Shown: positions 1 through 9,426 of the stretch, piece by piece
Position numbering within the stretch: position 1 is the first letter of the stretch
Layout of the letters: each line of letters starts with the position of its first letter
Source of the DNA: Myxococcota bacterium
GTDB lineage: Bacteria; Myxococcota_A; Polyangia; Nannocystales; Nannocystaceae
DNA length: 64,000 nucleotides
Reading direction: 5' to 3'
Assembly: GCA_039028615.1 (NCBI GenBank)
Contig: JBCCHT010000026.1
Location: 140,994-204,993 of the forward strand
Position numbers and translations under genes: made by a program
The notes under the pieces: model-generated
Databases searched by the model: none
The model's input: only the letters and a program-made list of their open reading frames with translations
What the model was told of the DNA's origin: nothing

Positions 1-1717
1 GTTCTCGCAGGCCCTGGTCGATCCACCGCGTGACGCGCTCACGACGTTCATGCGTGGGGAGCTCGTCGAAACCGTCGACCAGGAAGAGCAGGTGTTTCCG
101 CTTCAGGAGCGCATCGATGAGCGAAGCGTCGACGCGAGAGTCTCGTTGCAGATACGTAGTAATGGCATCGTGCAGATCTTCGAGCTCGGGCGGCAGCTCG
201 TGGAGAGGGAGCACGATCGGCACCGTATCGACCGGGAGCCCGAGGGTCTTGGGGTTTCGCCGCGCCAGCCACAGCGCGACACGTCGAAGATGCGTGGATT
301 TGCCCGAGCCCGGGGGACCGACCAGCACGACGACTCGGCAGTCCTTCTTGGCTGCCTGCTGGAACACCTGGTGGAGTTCGAAGTCCGGCTCCTCGGTGTC
401 TGGCGCGTCGTCGTCCGTCGAGCGAGCCGGTGTCGGCCTGACTTTCACGCGGAGGTCGTCGATCCGGAGTGTGTTCTCGAGCAAGGCGCTGGGTCCCAGC
501 ATGGTCGTGGTGGCGCTGTCTTGCTCTACGAGTTCGAGATAGCCCGACACATCTCGCGCTGGCCGTCGCTGGGTACTGGATGACGGGGTCGCCGTCCTCT
601 GGCGTTTCGGTGCTTTGCTCCGCTTGGGCTTGGCGGGGGATGGTCCGTCGTTCTCCGGGGAGGCGGCGTTAGAGGGCGGAGGCTCGTCGGCGGCTGGAGC
701 CTCGGCGGGCAGAGGTAGCGGTCGTACGGGCTTCATGGCACCGCCCTGCCGCCACTCGTGAAGGTTGTGAGTCACCTTCGAACCGACGTTCTCCGGTGTG
801 AAACGAATCGTGACCTCCTCTGCCTCGAGGCGAGATTTGAGCGCTTGAAGGCGACTTTGCTTGGCCCAACGTTGATCCAGGGCGTCGAACGCCCGGCCGA
901 CGACTACGGGTTGCTGTTCGTCGATCAGGAAGACCAGCCGAGGGATCTTCTGCTCCAGTGCCCATTCGTACTCGAGTTCGATGAGTGAGCGGTCGTGGTC
1001 GGGTGGTGCGTCGCCGTAGCGCCACGACACCATCATCAAGAAGAGATCACAGCTCTCGAGTTGCTTTCGACGAGCTTCGAGCGCTGCCGTTCCGGCTCCG
1101 CTGGCGAGGGGCTCTTGAGGTACGACGACCATGCCGACCTCCTGGATTGTCTCGAGTAGCTGGTCGCGCAGGTCCGCGTCGTGATCCATGGTGGACGAGA
1201 GAAACACCCGATAGGGAGTGGGGGCCGCAGGTTCGGCTGCTCCCGGCCATCCCGCTTGCGGTGAGTCCCCGAGCCGCTGGCGAAGCGCTGGTCCCGGATC
1301 GAAGCCGATGATCAGCTCTGGTGCCTGTCCGGTGACACCCGCGATCAATCGTTCGAAACCGTCGTGATCGGTGAGGTCGACCCATGTGCGCGCCCGTAGG
1401 AACCCGTCGATGCTGTCCTTGGAGGCACCCGGTAGCAGGACGGGGATGACCCGGCTTTTGGATTGATCGATGAGGGCGAGCTGGCTTTCCTGGTCTCTCC
1501 AGGCATCGGCTCCTCCGGGCCCGAAGAACACCGCGACGGTCTTGCTGCTCTCGATCGCTTGCTCGAGCGCAGGGACCCACTGTTCGCCTGGTACCAACAT
1601 CCACCGCCGAAAGTAGGGGTGCAGTTCGGCTTCGCTCCGTAGCCGTTGTGCGAACACTTCGACCTCGGATTCATCGTGATTGGTATGCGAGAGGAAGACG
1701 TCGTATTCGTCGGACAT
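1..1717 (-). CDS. TIR + DUF4062-like + NACHT NTPase protein (3' part lies outside the window)
   Basis: Manual translation from ATG at 1717 is open to position 1 (572 codons). TIR-like: MSDEYDVFLSH...LEQAIESSKTVAVFFG...AWRDQESQLAL...VIPVLLPG...RTWVDL. DUF4062-like: RVFLSST...CDLFLMMVSWRYG...SLIELEYEWALEQKIPRLVFL. NACHT: VVLVGPPGSGKST (293-319) and LLFLVDGFDEL. Not in the ORF track because there is no stop codon in the window. Confidence 0.9.
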   Translation of the reverse strand, partial: MSDEYDVFLSHTNHDESEVEVFAQRLRSEAELHPYFRRWMLVPGEQWVPALEQAIESSKTVAVFFGPGGADAWRDQESQLALIDQSKSRVIPVLLPGASKDSIDGFLRARTWVDLTDHDGFERLIAGVTGQAPELIIGFDPGPALRQRLGDSPQAGWPGAAEPAAPTPYRVFLSSTMDHDADLRDQLLETIQEVGMVVVPQEPLASGAGTAALEARRKQLESCDLFLMMVSWRYGDAPPDHDRSLIELEYEWALEQKIPRLVFLIDEQQPVVVGRAFDALDQRWAKQSRLQALKSRLEAEEVTIRFTPENVGSKVTHNLHEWRQGGAMKPVRPLPLPAEAPAADEPPPSNAASPENDGPSPAKPKRSKAPKRQRTATPSSSTQRRPARDVSGYLELVEQDSATTTMLGPSALLENTLRIDDLRVKVRPTPARSTDDDAPDTEEPDFELHQVFQQAAKKDCRVVVLVGPPGSGKSTHLRRVALWLARRNPKTLGLPVDTVPIVLPLHELPPELEDLHDAITTYLQRDSRVDASLIDALLKRKHLLFLVDGFDELPTHERRERVTRWIDQGLRE

Positions 1718-1762
1718 GGGTGCACTCGTTGGCCCCGTGTCGCGAAGGGCGAAAATCAGCAT

Positions 1763-1781
1763 TCGAAAATGAGTATTTCGA
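1763..1781. promoter_or_regulatory. Inverted repeat TCGAAA-N7-TTTCGA in the divergent promoter region
   Basis: Seen directly in the AT-richer ~180 bp gap between the TIR-NACHT gene and the two-gene operon. Confidence 0.3.
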
Positions 1782-1896
1782 GTCGAGTAAGCTCACGAGA
1801 TTAAATCCACGAAACCATGGACCGAGTGGTGCCTTGGTGACACTGGCCCCGCCGTGCCCCAACGATTTCACCCTGGGCACGAGGTGGAGGCTCGGT

Positions 1897-3000
1897 ATGA
1901 CCGATCACCATGGAAAACGCCTGGATCTACTCATCCTCGCTCGTCTCTGTACGGCGGGTACTCGTCCTCCTTCCGCAGCCAAGCTGGAAAAGGACCTGTA
2001 CGCGTTCTTGGAAGCCAAACTCTCTCAGCCCGAATGGGGGTCGAGGTGCTCGGAGCATCTCGCTTCGATGCTCGAGCGCGGCGATATCGACGAGCGTCGC
2101 AGCCCGACACCCCAGGGACGCCAGCGGCTGATGCAGGCCTTGGGTGTTCGGGCTCTTCCTCCGCGATGGTCGAAGATGTGGCGGGCTCTGTTGCCGGCGC
2201 TGGCGCTCGATTTGCCTGGGCCTCGATGGTCGGAAATCGGGAGCGCGGAGGCACTCCGGGCTCGGATCATTCGCCAGCACCACGATCTGTCGATCGCCGA
2301 CACGCCCACGCTGACGCAGGCCGTCGACGCTCAGGCGTGGCAGGCCCTGGGCATCGACGAGACGGGGCCGCTGACGCTGGGCAAGATTCGGAGGGCTTTG
2401 CTCGAGCGGACCTTGAGCGCACCGATCCGGGCCAAGTCGGTGGATACGGCGAAGGCCGGACAGTGGTTGGCGACGGGCGCGGTTGGAACGACGACGCGAG
2501 ACGTGGCCGCGATTCAGCGCGCGCTGGTGTGTCGCTGGGTCTTTGACGAAGAGCCCAAACCCAAGCCCACGTCAACGGAGATCACGGTCGTGACCCCGCG
2601 GCGGACCACACCGGCGCGGCCGAAGCAGCTCCCGTTGACGCCGCCGAAAGGGAAGCGCCGCAAGAAGAAGCGGAGGCAGGCGAACGCAACGCCGACGCTG
2701 AAGCAATGGGCCGAGCAAGTTCAATCGCTGGCCGATCGGATGAAAACCGGGCTCTACGGTGAGGAACGCGTGTTCATTGCCGCGGTCTGGCGGGCGGCTC
2801 AGCGAGGATCGGCCGATCTTCACGGGCCCCTTGGCGAGTTCAAGTCGCGGCTCATCGAGGCCAATCGTGCCGGCCACCTACGTCTGCATCGAGCCGACCT
2901 CGTCGGGGCGATGGACGAGCGATTGGTCCGAGATTCCGAGATCGAACACCTCAACGCGAGCTTTCACTTCATCGAGATTCCGCCCCGGAGGATGTCATGA
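1897..3000 (+). CDS. Conserved-type hypothetical protein, putative winged-helix DNA-binding, 367 aa
   Basis: GGAGG at 1886-1890 precedes ATG 1897. wHTH-like LASMLERGDI...TPQGR. Basic KRRKKKRR linker. C-terminal domain VFIAAVW...FKSRLIEANRAGHLRLHRADL...SEIEHLNASFHFI. Its stop overlaps the next ATG (ATGA). Confidence 0.8.
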   Translation: MTDHHGKRLDLLILARLCTAGTRPPSAAKLEKDLYAFLEAKLSQPEWGSRCSEHLASMLERGDIDERRSPTPQGRQRLMQALGVRALPPRWSKMWRALLPALALDLPGPRWSEIGSAEALRARIIRQHHDLSIADTPTLTQAVDAQAWQALGIDETGPLTLGKIRRALLERTLSAPIRAKSVDTAKAGQWLATGAVGTTTRDVAAIQRALVCRWVFDEEPKPKPTSTEITVVTPRRTTPARPKQLPLTPPKGKRRKKKRRQANATPTLKQWAEQVQSLADRMKTGLYGEERVFIAAVWRAAQRGSADLHGPLGEFKSRLIEANRAGHLRLHRADLVGAMDERLVRDSEIEHLNASFHFIEIPPRRMS

Positions 3001-6000
3001 TGCCCGATTCAATCTCACCCCTGGAGATCGCCGATACCGTGGACAGCATCGGCTCGATGATCGAGCGTGTGCTCGAGCCCGGGAATGAAGCCGAGCTGCT
3101 CGGCCCCGACCTGCATCGATTGCGGGTGGAGCATGATCTGCCTCGTCGCATGGTCGTGATTGGAGCGTTGCTCAACGACTTTGCCCGGGTGGCATATTGC
3201 TGCATCGAGGCCGACAAGCAGATCACCGACGAAGAGATCGAGCACATCTACCCCATCTATTTCTCGCTGCTCAGTTTTCTCGCGAAGTTCAGACCGGACT
3301 ACGAGCGCTTCGTCGGGATCGGCCAAGACGAGCTACGGGAGCTGCTGGCCTACTATGCCGCGGATTCGGGCCCCTTTGGAGCGCGGGCGGAGCGAACCCA
3401 ATGGGTCGGGCTCGACGTCTGTCGGAGGACCGCACGAGAAACCGGGGACGAAGAGCCGCTGGAGCGCTATGTCCGTTCCCAGCGACGCATCATGGACCGG
3501 GTCTTTTCGCTGGGGGGGATGACCACCGAGGAAGAGGTTGCACGCAAGGAACTCGGGGCGATGATCGAGCTGCGGCGAAAGCTCGTGGAGACTCCCTTGC
3601 CCGGAGGGACCGACCCGCGGATCACGGCGTTCTGTAGTCCTTCGGCGCCTTCGGTCTTCGGTGCCATCGCCCACGCACATCAGGTGCGGGAGCGAGACCC
3701 TTTCGATGTCGACACCGTGCACTCGGAGGCACGCGAGGGGTTCGAGCGCTTGGTCGACCGGGTGCTGGCGTCGGATGCCGATCAACGGGGTCGCATTCTC
3801 GTCCTCCGGGGTCCGTCGGGGGCGGGCAAAACACACCTGATGCGGGCCTTTCGCGGGTATCTGCACGGGCATCGGCGAGGATTCGCCGCCTACATGCAGA
3901 TGACGACGCGAGCCGAGGACTACGCGCGCTATGTGCTGGTCAACATCATCGATGCGTTGGAGCGTCCCTATGACGCTCCCGAGCTGATGAACTCGGGTCT
4001 GATTACGTTGTCGGACGCTCTGGCCGAGGATCGCCGAACTCTGCCGGCCGATGTTCTCGAGGCGTTTCGCGACAGCGACTTCGATCCGATGCACACCGAT
4101 CCCGTCAGTCCCTTGGTGGATCGACTGCTCGAGCACCCGGCGTACCAGGGCTTCGACCCGGATCTATTGCGGGTACTGCTCTATCTGCAGCGTCGAGAAC
4201 CGCCGATCCGTGCTCGGGTACTCAAGTACCTGCGCTGCGAGGGGCTCAACGACTATGACCGGCGGATGCTCGGTGGGATCAGCCCGCGTTTGGACCAGGA
4301 CTCTCCGCTGCGCATGATCGAGCAACTCGGGCGATTGATGTCTCGGGTGGGCCGCTTCGCGTTCGTGCTGTTGGTCGATCAGATGGAAGACGTGTTCAAC
4401 CTCGACGAGAGCGGGGTCCGTATCGCTCGTGCCGTCGACGTCTTGCGTCACGTCATCGATCACGTCCCCACCGCGGTGGTCGTTCTGTCCTGCCTCCACG
4501 ATTTCTATGACCGGGTACGGCGGCACCTATCGCGGTCGGCCCTCGATCGACTGGAGTCCGATCCTCCTCCGATCACCCTCAACGCGGGGCGCAGCCTGGC
4601 CGAGATCCAGCGGATCGTCGGGCTGCGCCTCGACTATCTGTACGACAAGATGGACGTTCGTTTTCATGACGACGATCCCACCTTCCCGATCCCGACCAAG
4701 GAACTCGAGTCTCGCGTGAACATGCGGACGCGTGATGTCCTGGACTGGTGTCGCGAGTATCAACAGCAGTGCATCGAGCGTGGCGGGTTGACCGACATGC
4801 CCGCGGGGGCACCGAAGCAGCGCAAAGCGGAGCCGTCGGAGACCAATCGACTGGAGCAGGCGTGGAACGACTTCCGAATCGCGTTCTCGAAGCCCGTACC
4901 CGAGGACGATGAAACGCTGCTCGAGCTTCTGGCGTGGGCCTCGAGTCAGGTCGGGCAGGAGTACGAGCCTCCGTTTGGCCTGGTGACCGAGCGTGAGGGC
5001 GCGGCGCTCGTGGTGATGGGTGGTGACGAGCCGCTGGTGGTCGGGATTGGCAATCGAGGAACGCGTGGCGGAGGGTTGCATCGGCAGCTGACCGGGCTGC
5101 GAGAGCAAGCGGGTTCACGGCCCCTCGGTCTCGTTCGTTGTTCCGAGTTCCCCGACAATCCGCGGACCAAGGTCTTCAAGGCACTCGGCGAGCTGTTGCG
5201 CGACGGAGGGCGGAGAGTCACCGTGGAGGACGGCGACTGGCGCACGATCATGGCCTTTCGGGTGTTCAGCGAGGAACACGGCAGCGAGGATGGGTTCGGG
5301 GCTTGGCGTCGCAATGAACGGCCCCTCGCACAGATCGCTTCGCTTCAAGAGCTGCTGGCGCTCGACGAGCTTGCTCGTCGCGTGGGCAAGGATGGTAAGC
5401 CCAGCCCGGAGCGAGTCGATGATCCACCCGAGGCACCCGTCGCTTCACCCGGAGACGACCAGCCCGAGGGCGACGGTGAGCAGGAAGACGAGCAAGATCC
5501 CGAGGAGATCGAGGTCGACCCCGAACCTGCGGACATCGAAGACGCAGAGGAAGTCGATTCTGGTGACGCTGAACCGACGGCTCCGAACGAGATCGCGGTG
5601 GGGCGGACGACCGGGTTCAACGCCAAGCCGGTCACGATGCGCCTTGGAACGCTCGTCACCCACGGTGCCTTCTTGGGGTCCACGGGGAGCGGTAAGACGA
5701 CGCTGGCCCTCAACTTGATCGAGCAGGCGCTCGAGCGAGGGATTCCAACGCTGCTTCTCGATCGAAAGGGCGACTTGTGCACCTACGCTCGTCCGAGCTG
5801 GTGGGCGGCCGAAGGGCGCGATGAGGAGGCCTCCGTGCGCAAGCAGAAGCTGCGGGACCAGGTGGACATCACCATCTACACCCCCGGGGCGCCGACGGGG
5901 CGTGACCTCGGTCTGCCGATCGTCCCGGCCGGGCTCAAGGACCTCTCGAAGCAGGCACGGGCGCAGACTTGTCGTCAGGCGGCGACGGCCATCGGCACGA

Positions 6001-6821
6001 TGCTCGGCTACCGTAGCTCCAACAGCAGCGATTTGGCCCGGTTGAGCGTGTTGGCCAAGGCCATCGAAGTTCTCGGGCAAGTGGTGAAGGGCGAGGTGGG
6101 CCTGGAGCAGATCATCGGTCTCGTCGCGGATGAGGATCCTGCGCTGGTCAATGCCGTGGGGAGGTTGCCTCTGCGGCACTTCAGCAAGCTCGTCGATCAT
6201 CTCGAGACGCTGAGATTGTCTCGCGGCGAGCTTCTGTCCTCCGATGCAGAGCGGCTCGATCCCGCGCGGTTGCTCGGTGTCGATCGCGAGGACGGCAAGG
6301 TCTCGCTCAACGTGGTGAGCACCAAGTTCTTGGGAGACAACGCGAGCATCGATTTTTGGGTCGCTCGCATGCTCTCGGAACTCGCCGGTTGGGCCAGCCG
6401 GAACCCGAGTCCCGACCTACAGGCGCTGGTGATGTTCGACGAGGCCGATATCTACATGCCAGCCATGCGCAAGCCGGCCACCAAAGAACCGATGCTGGAT
6501 CTGCTTCGTCGAGCACGGTCGGCAGGGGTCGGGGTGATGTTGGCGACGCAGAGCCCAGGGGACTTGGATTACAAGTCTCGCGACAACATCCGCACGTGGT
6601 TCGTCGGGCGCGTTGCGGAGAAGACGGCAATCGCGAAGATGCAACCGCTGCTCAGCGACTGTCGCACCAACGTGAAGGGCAAGCTCGCGCGCCAGGATAT
6701 CGGCGAGTTTTTCATGCTCCAGTCGGGCAGTGCGATCGAGGTCAATGCGCATCGTTCGCTCATGGACACCGAGCAGCTGGCAGAAGACGAAATTCGCGAG
6801 TTGGCGCGGTCCGACGAGTAG
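2997..6821 (+). CDS. Dual-ATPase protein: TerB-like N-terminus + AAA+/STAND-like ATPase + C-terminal HerA/FtsK/VirB4-like (DUF87/DUF853-type) ATPase
   Basis: First ATPase: Walker A GPSGAGKT, Walker B FVLLVDQMED. Second ATPase: GSTGSGKT, LVMFDEAD and the HerA/VirB4-type RARSAGVGVMLATQSPGD. An acidic linker separates them. N-terminal IEADKQITDEE and GGMTTEEE resemble TerB motifs. Confidence 0.85.
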   Translation: MMPDSISPLEIADTVDSIGSMIERVLEPGNEAELLGPDLHRLRVEHDLPRRMVVIGALLNDFARVAYCCIEADKQITDEEIEHIYPIYFSLLSFLAKFRPDYERFVGIGQDELRELLAYYAADSGPFGARAERTQWVGLDVCRRTARETGDEEPLERYVRSQRRIMDRVFSLGGMTTEEEVARKELGAMIELRRKLVETPLPGGTDPRITAFCSPSAPSVFGAIAHAHQVRERDPFDVDTVHSEAREGFERLVDRVLASDADQRGRILVLRGPSGAGKTHLMRAFRGYLHGHRRGFAAYMQMTTRAEDYARYVLVNIIDALERPYDAPELMNSGLITLSDALAEDRRTLPADVLEAFRDSDFDPMHTDPVSPLVDRLLEHPAYQGFDPDLLRVLLYLQRREPPIRARVLKYLRCEGLNDYDRRMLGGISPRLDQDSPLRMIEQLGRLMSRVGRFAFVLLVDQMEDVFNLDESGVRIARAVDVLRHVIDHVPTAVVVLSCLHDFYDRVRRHLSRSALDRLESDPPPITLNAGRSLAEIQRIVGLRLDYLYDKMDVRFHDDDPTFPIPTKELESRVNMRTRDVLDWCREYQQQCIERGGLTDMPAGAPKQRKAEPSETNRLEQAWNDFRIAFSKPVPEDDETLLELLAWASSQVGQEYEPPFGLVTEREGAALVVMGGDEPLVVGIGNRGTRGGGLHRQLTGLREQAGSRPLGLVRCSEFPDNPRTKVFKALGELLRDGGRRVTVEDGDWRTIMAFRVFSEEHGSEDGFGAWRRNERPLAQIASLQELLALDELARRVGKDGKPSPERVDDPPEAPVASPGDDQPEGDGEQEDEQDPEEIEVDPEPADIEDAEEVDSGDAEPTAPNEIAVGRTTGFNAKPVTMRLGTLVTHGAFLGSTGSGKTTLALNLIEQALERGIPTLLLDRKGDLCTYARPSWWAAEGRDEEASVRKQKLRDQVDITIYTPGAPTGRDLGLPIVPAGLKDLSKQARAQTCRQAATAIGTMLGYRSSNSSDLARLSVLAKAIEVLGQVVKGEVGLEQIIGLVADEDPALVNAVGRLPLRHFSKLVDHLETLRLSRGELLSSDAERLDPARLLGVDREDGKVSLNVVSTKFLGDNASIDFWVARMLSELAGWASRNPSPDLQALVMFDEADIYMPAMRKPATKEPMLDLLRRARSAGVGVMLATQSPGDLDYKSRDNIRTWFVGRVAEKTAIAKMQPLLSDCRTNVKGKLARQDIGEFFMLQSGSAIEVNAHRSLMDTEQLAEDEIRELARSDE

Positions 6822-6844
6822 CTCTTCGTCGAGCCGAATCCACA

Positions 6845-6886
6845 AGCAGGCGGCGGAAGCTCACGGTTTCCGTCGCTTGTTCAATT
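6845..6886 (+). terminator. Putative intrinsic terminator / stem-loop
   Basis: GCAGGCGGCGGAAGC-TCACG-GTTTCCGTCGCTTGT forms a 15-bp stem with G-U pairs, about 24 nt after the ATPase stop codon. Confidence 0.6.
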
Positions 6887-7155
6887 GCCCGCCACCCTTC
6901 ACCAAACCCCTTTCACGCCCCAACCACCAATCCCCGTCAAACCAAATCCAACCTTTTCGATGTTCGAACCACCCACCCCGACGACCACCGTCGCCATCGA
7001 TCACCACCACCACCCGAGGCACCAAACCGCGTACCCCTCCCCATCACACCAACCCTCTCTCCGCGACTCGCACGCAACACCCCGCGGCGTGGGCGGCGAT
7101 CCTGACAGCCACCGCCAACCTTGAGGTCGCAGGGGCGATCGGGCAGGCTTGTCGC

Positions 7156-9177
7156 ATGAGTTGTCGGCGTCGTCGTTGGTCTTTGGGGTTGGTCGCGAGC
7201 TTGGCTCTGGTCGTTGCGTGTGGGGACGACGGGGGAGCGACGCCGACGGAGGATTCGGGAAGCACGACGGGGACTCCGGGGACGACGGGGTCCGAGGGGG
7301 CCGACGAGACGGGGAGCAGTGGCAGTAGCGGCGAGGTGGATGTGGATGCGAACTGCAGCGTTCGCTATCGCTGGGAGCCCGGGGGGGGCGACGTATCGAG
7401 CTTCCCGACGCTGGAGATGGTGGCGGAAGATGCTTCGACGCCGACCGGCTATCGCGTCTCGCTGTCGGTCGACGACTATCCAGATCTGTCGGGTTATGGG
7501 CCCTATACCGACGAGATTGCGACGGCGATGTCGAGCCTCGACGGGTTCGGTATCCAGGGAGAGGCCTTTGCTCGCTTCGACGGGGCCCTCGACGCGAAGG
7601 CGCTGCCTCCGGCGAATGCGGAGGCGTCGGTCGACGATGCGATCGGGATCGTGGTGATGCCGGAGGGGGGCGAGCCCTACCTGGCTCCGGTGGGCGTGGA
7701 GCTGACCGATGGCGGCGAGACGGTGATGGTCTACCCGATGTTCCCGCTGCCGCACGGGACGAACGTCGCATTTTGGATCAAGTCGGACTTTGCGGTGTCG
7801 GAGGGCGATTGCCTGGCCGCGTCGGCCGGGATGCGAGAGCTGCTCGACAATGTGGAGGGCGAGGTGGGCGATGCGCTCACGGCGTTGCGCGACATGGGCG
7901 TCGTGGAGTCGGGCGACGACCTGGCGACGCTCCAGCCCTATCCCACGCAGAGCACGGCTCGAGTTTCGTATGCGGTGGCCGAGCACATCGCGAACATGCC
8001 GGAGAGCGAGTTCACGCTCACCGACACGACCTGCGAGCTGACCGAAGAGTTCAACTACTGTACGTCGACGTTCTCCTCGACGGACTATCGCAACGCAGAA
8101 GGGGTGGTGACGGTCGATGTGGACGCGGTCGAAGGACAGACGTCGTGGGACCTGGTGGTGCACTCGTGGCTGCCGCTGACGGGCACCGCTCCGTATCCGA
8201 CGGTGCTGTATGGCCACGGGCTGACGGGGAGCGGTGAGCAAGGCTCGGCGCTGGCGGGGACGGCCATTCCGCGGGGGTACGCGGTGGTGGGCATCTCGGC
8301 GCTGATGCACGGCGACCACCCGAGCCTCGGAGGCAAGAGCCTCGACGGACTGTTGGCGACGCTGGCGTTTTTCGCGGCCGATCTGGAAGAGGGCAAGATC
8401 GATGCGCTGCGGCTTCGCGACCACCTGCGTCAGTCGACGTACGACAAGCTGCACGTGACCCGGCTGCTGCAGAGCGGGCCCGACCTCGACGGGGACGAGA
8501 CGCCAGACGTCGACCCGGAGCAGCTGGCCTATCTGGGAATCTCGCTGGGCGGGGTGATGGGCAGCGAGCTGCTGGCCCTGACCGATGCATTCCAGGGCGG
8601 GGTGCTCATCATGCCGGGCGGGCGAGTGACGACGGTGATGACGGACCCGATGGGCAGCTTCGTCGACGTGCTGTCGCTGCTGGTGCCGGGGGATTTCTCC
8701 GATGGGGACGAGCGGCGCTTGTTCGCGCTGCTCCAGACGGTGCTCGACGGTGGTGATCCCTCGACCTACGGGGCCAATGTGCTGCACGATCGGCTCGACT
8801 TTGCCCCGAACGCGCCCGATCTCCTGGTGGGGGCGGTGCTCGACGACAACACGGTGGTCAACGCGGCGAACTGGGCGTTGTCGCGGGCCTTGGGCATCGA
8901 CATCGTGCCGCCCACGCTGCGGCCCGTGCCGGGCCTGGGCGAGACGGCAGCGGTTCCGGTCTCGGGCAACATGGCGGACGGAGTCACGGCGGGTCTGCTG
9001 CAGTTCGACGTGATCGCGAACGACGAAGGGGAGGTGATCATGGGTACCCACATCAACCTGTCGTTCTCCGAGGTGGGGCTGACGGCGTGGTGGGGATTCT
9101 TGGATTCCCTGTTCGCGGACGGTACGGCGACGATCAACGACCCGTATGTCGAGGTGGGCCTCGACCACGCACGCTGA
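7156..9177 (+). CDS. Lipoprotein with C-terminal alpha/beta-hydrolase (extracellular lipase-like) domain
   Basis: Lipobox LVVAC at the N-terminus, Thr/Gly linker, VLYGHGLTG oxyanion region, YLGISLGG nucleophile elbow, D and H near the C-terminus. Start moved to ATG 7156. Confidence 0.8.
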   Translation: MSCRRRRWSLGLVASLALVVACGDDGGATPTEDSGSTTGTPGTTGSEGADETGSSGSSGEVDVDANCSVRYRWEPGGGDVSSFPTLEMVAEDASTPTGYRVSLSVDDYPDLSGYGPYTDEIATAMSSLDGFGIQGEAFARFDGALDAKALPPANAEASVDDAIGIVVMPEGGEPYLAPVGVELTDGGETVMVYPMFPLPHGTNVAFWIKSDFAVSEGDCLAASAGMRELLDNVEGEVGDALTALRDMGVVESGDDLATLQPYPTQSTARVSYAVAEHIANMPESEFTLTDTTCELTEEFNYCTSTFSSTDYRNAEGVVTVDVDAVEGQTSWDLVVHSWLPLTGTAPYPTVLYGHGLTGSGEQGSALAGTAIPRGYAVVGISALMHGDHPSLGGKSLDGLLATLAFFAADLEEGKIDALRLRDHLRQSTYDKLHVTRLLQSGPDLDGDETPDVDPEQLAYLGISLGGVMGSELLALTDAFQGGVLIMPGGRVTTVMTDPMGSFVDVLSLLVPGDFSDGDERRLFALLQTVLDGGDPSTYGANVLHDRLDFAPNAPDLLVGAVLDDNTVVNAANWALSRALGIDIVPPTLRPVPGLGETAAVPVSGNMADGVTAGLLQFDVIANDEGEVIMGTHINLSFSEVGLTAWWGFLDSLFADGTATINDPYVEVGLDHAR

Positions 9178-9426
9178 GAACGGGTCGGGCGTACCCTGCG
9201 TGGGGTTCCCCGACATGTCGGGAGTCACGCGGGTGTAGGGCTTTGGCCGAGCGAGCGCGGCGAGCCTGCAAGGGGGTCGATTGGGCCCTTCGATCGACGC
9301 GCGGTTTCATCCTTCGAGGGGCGGGGGATGGACGGTGTTCTCGAGCGAGCGTGATCGGCGTGTTCGTGAAGGCGGTCGAAGTCGCTCGCCGGGCCGTGAC
9401 TTCGTCCTCTATCCTGAGACGGGGGC

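Noticed and set aside
6730..7155. Pro/His-rich N-terminal extension of the lipase-like ORF
   Set aside because: It is translation of the C-rich intergenic tract and terminator; the signal peptide starts at 7156.
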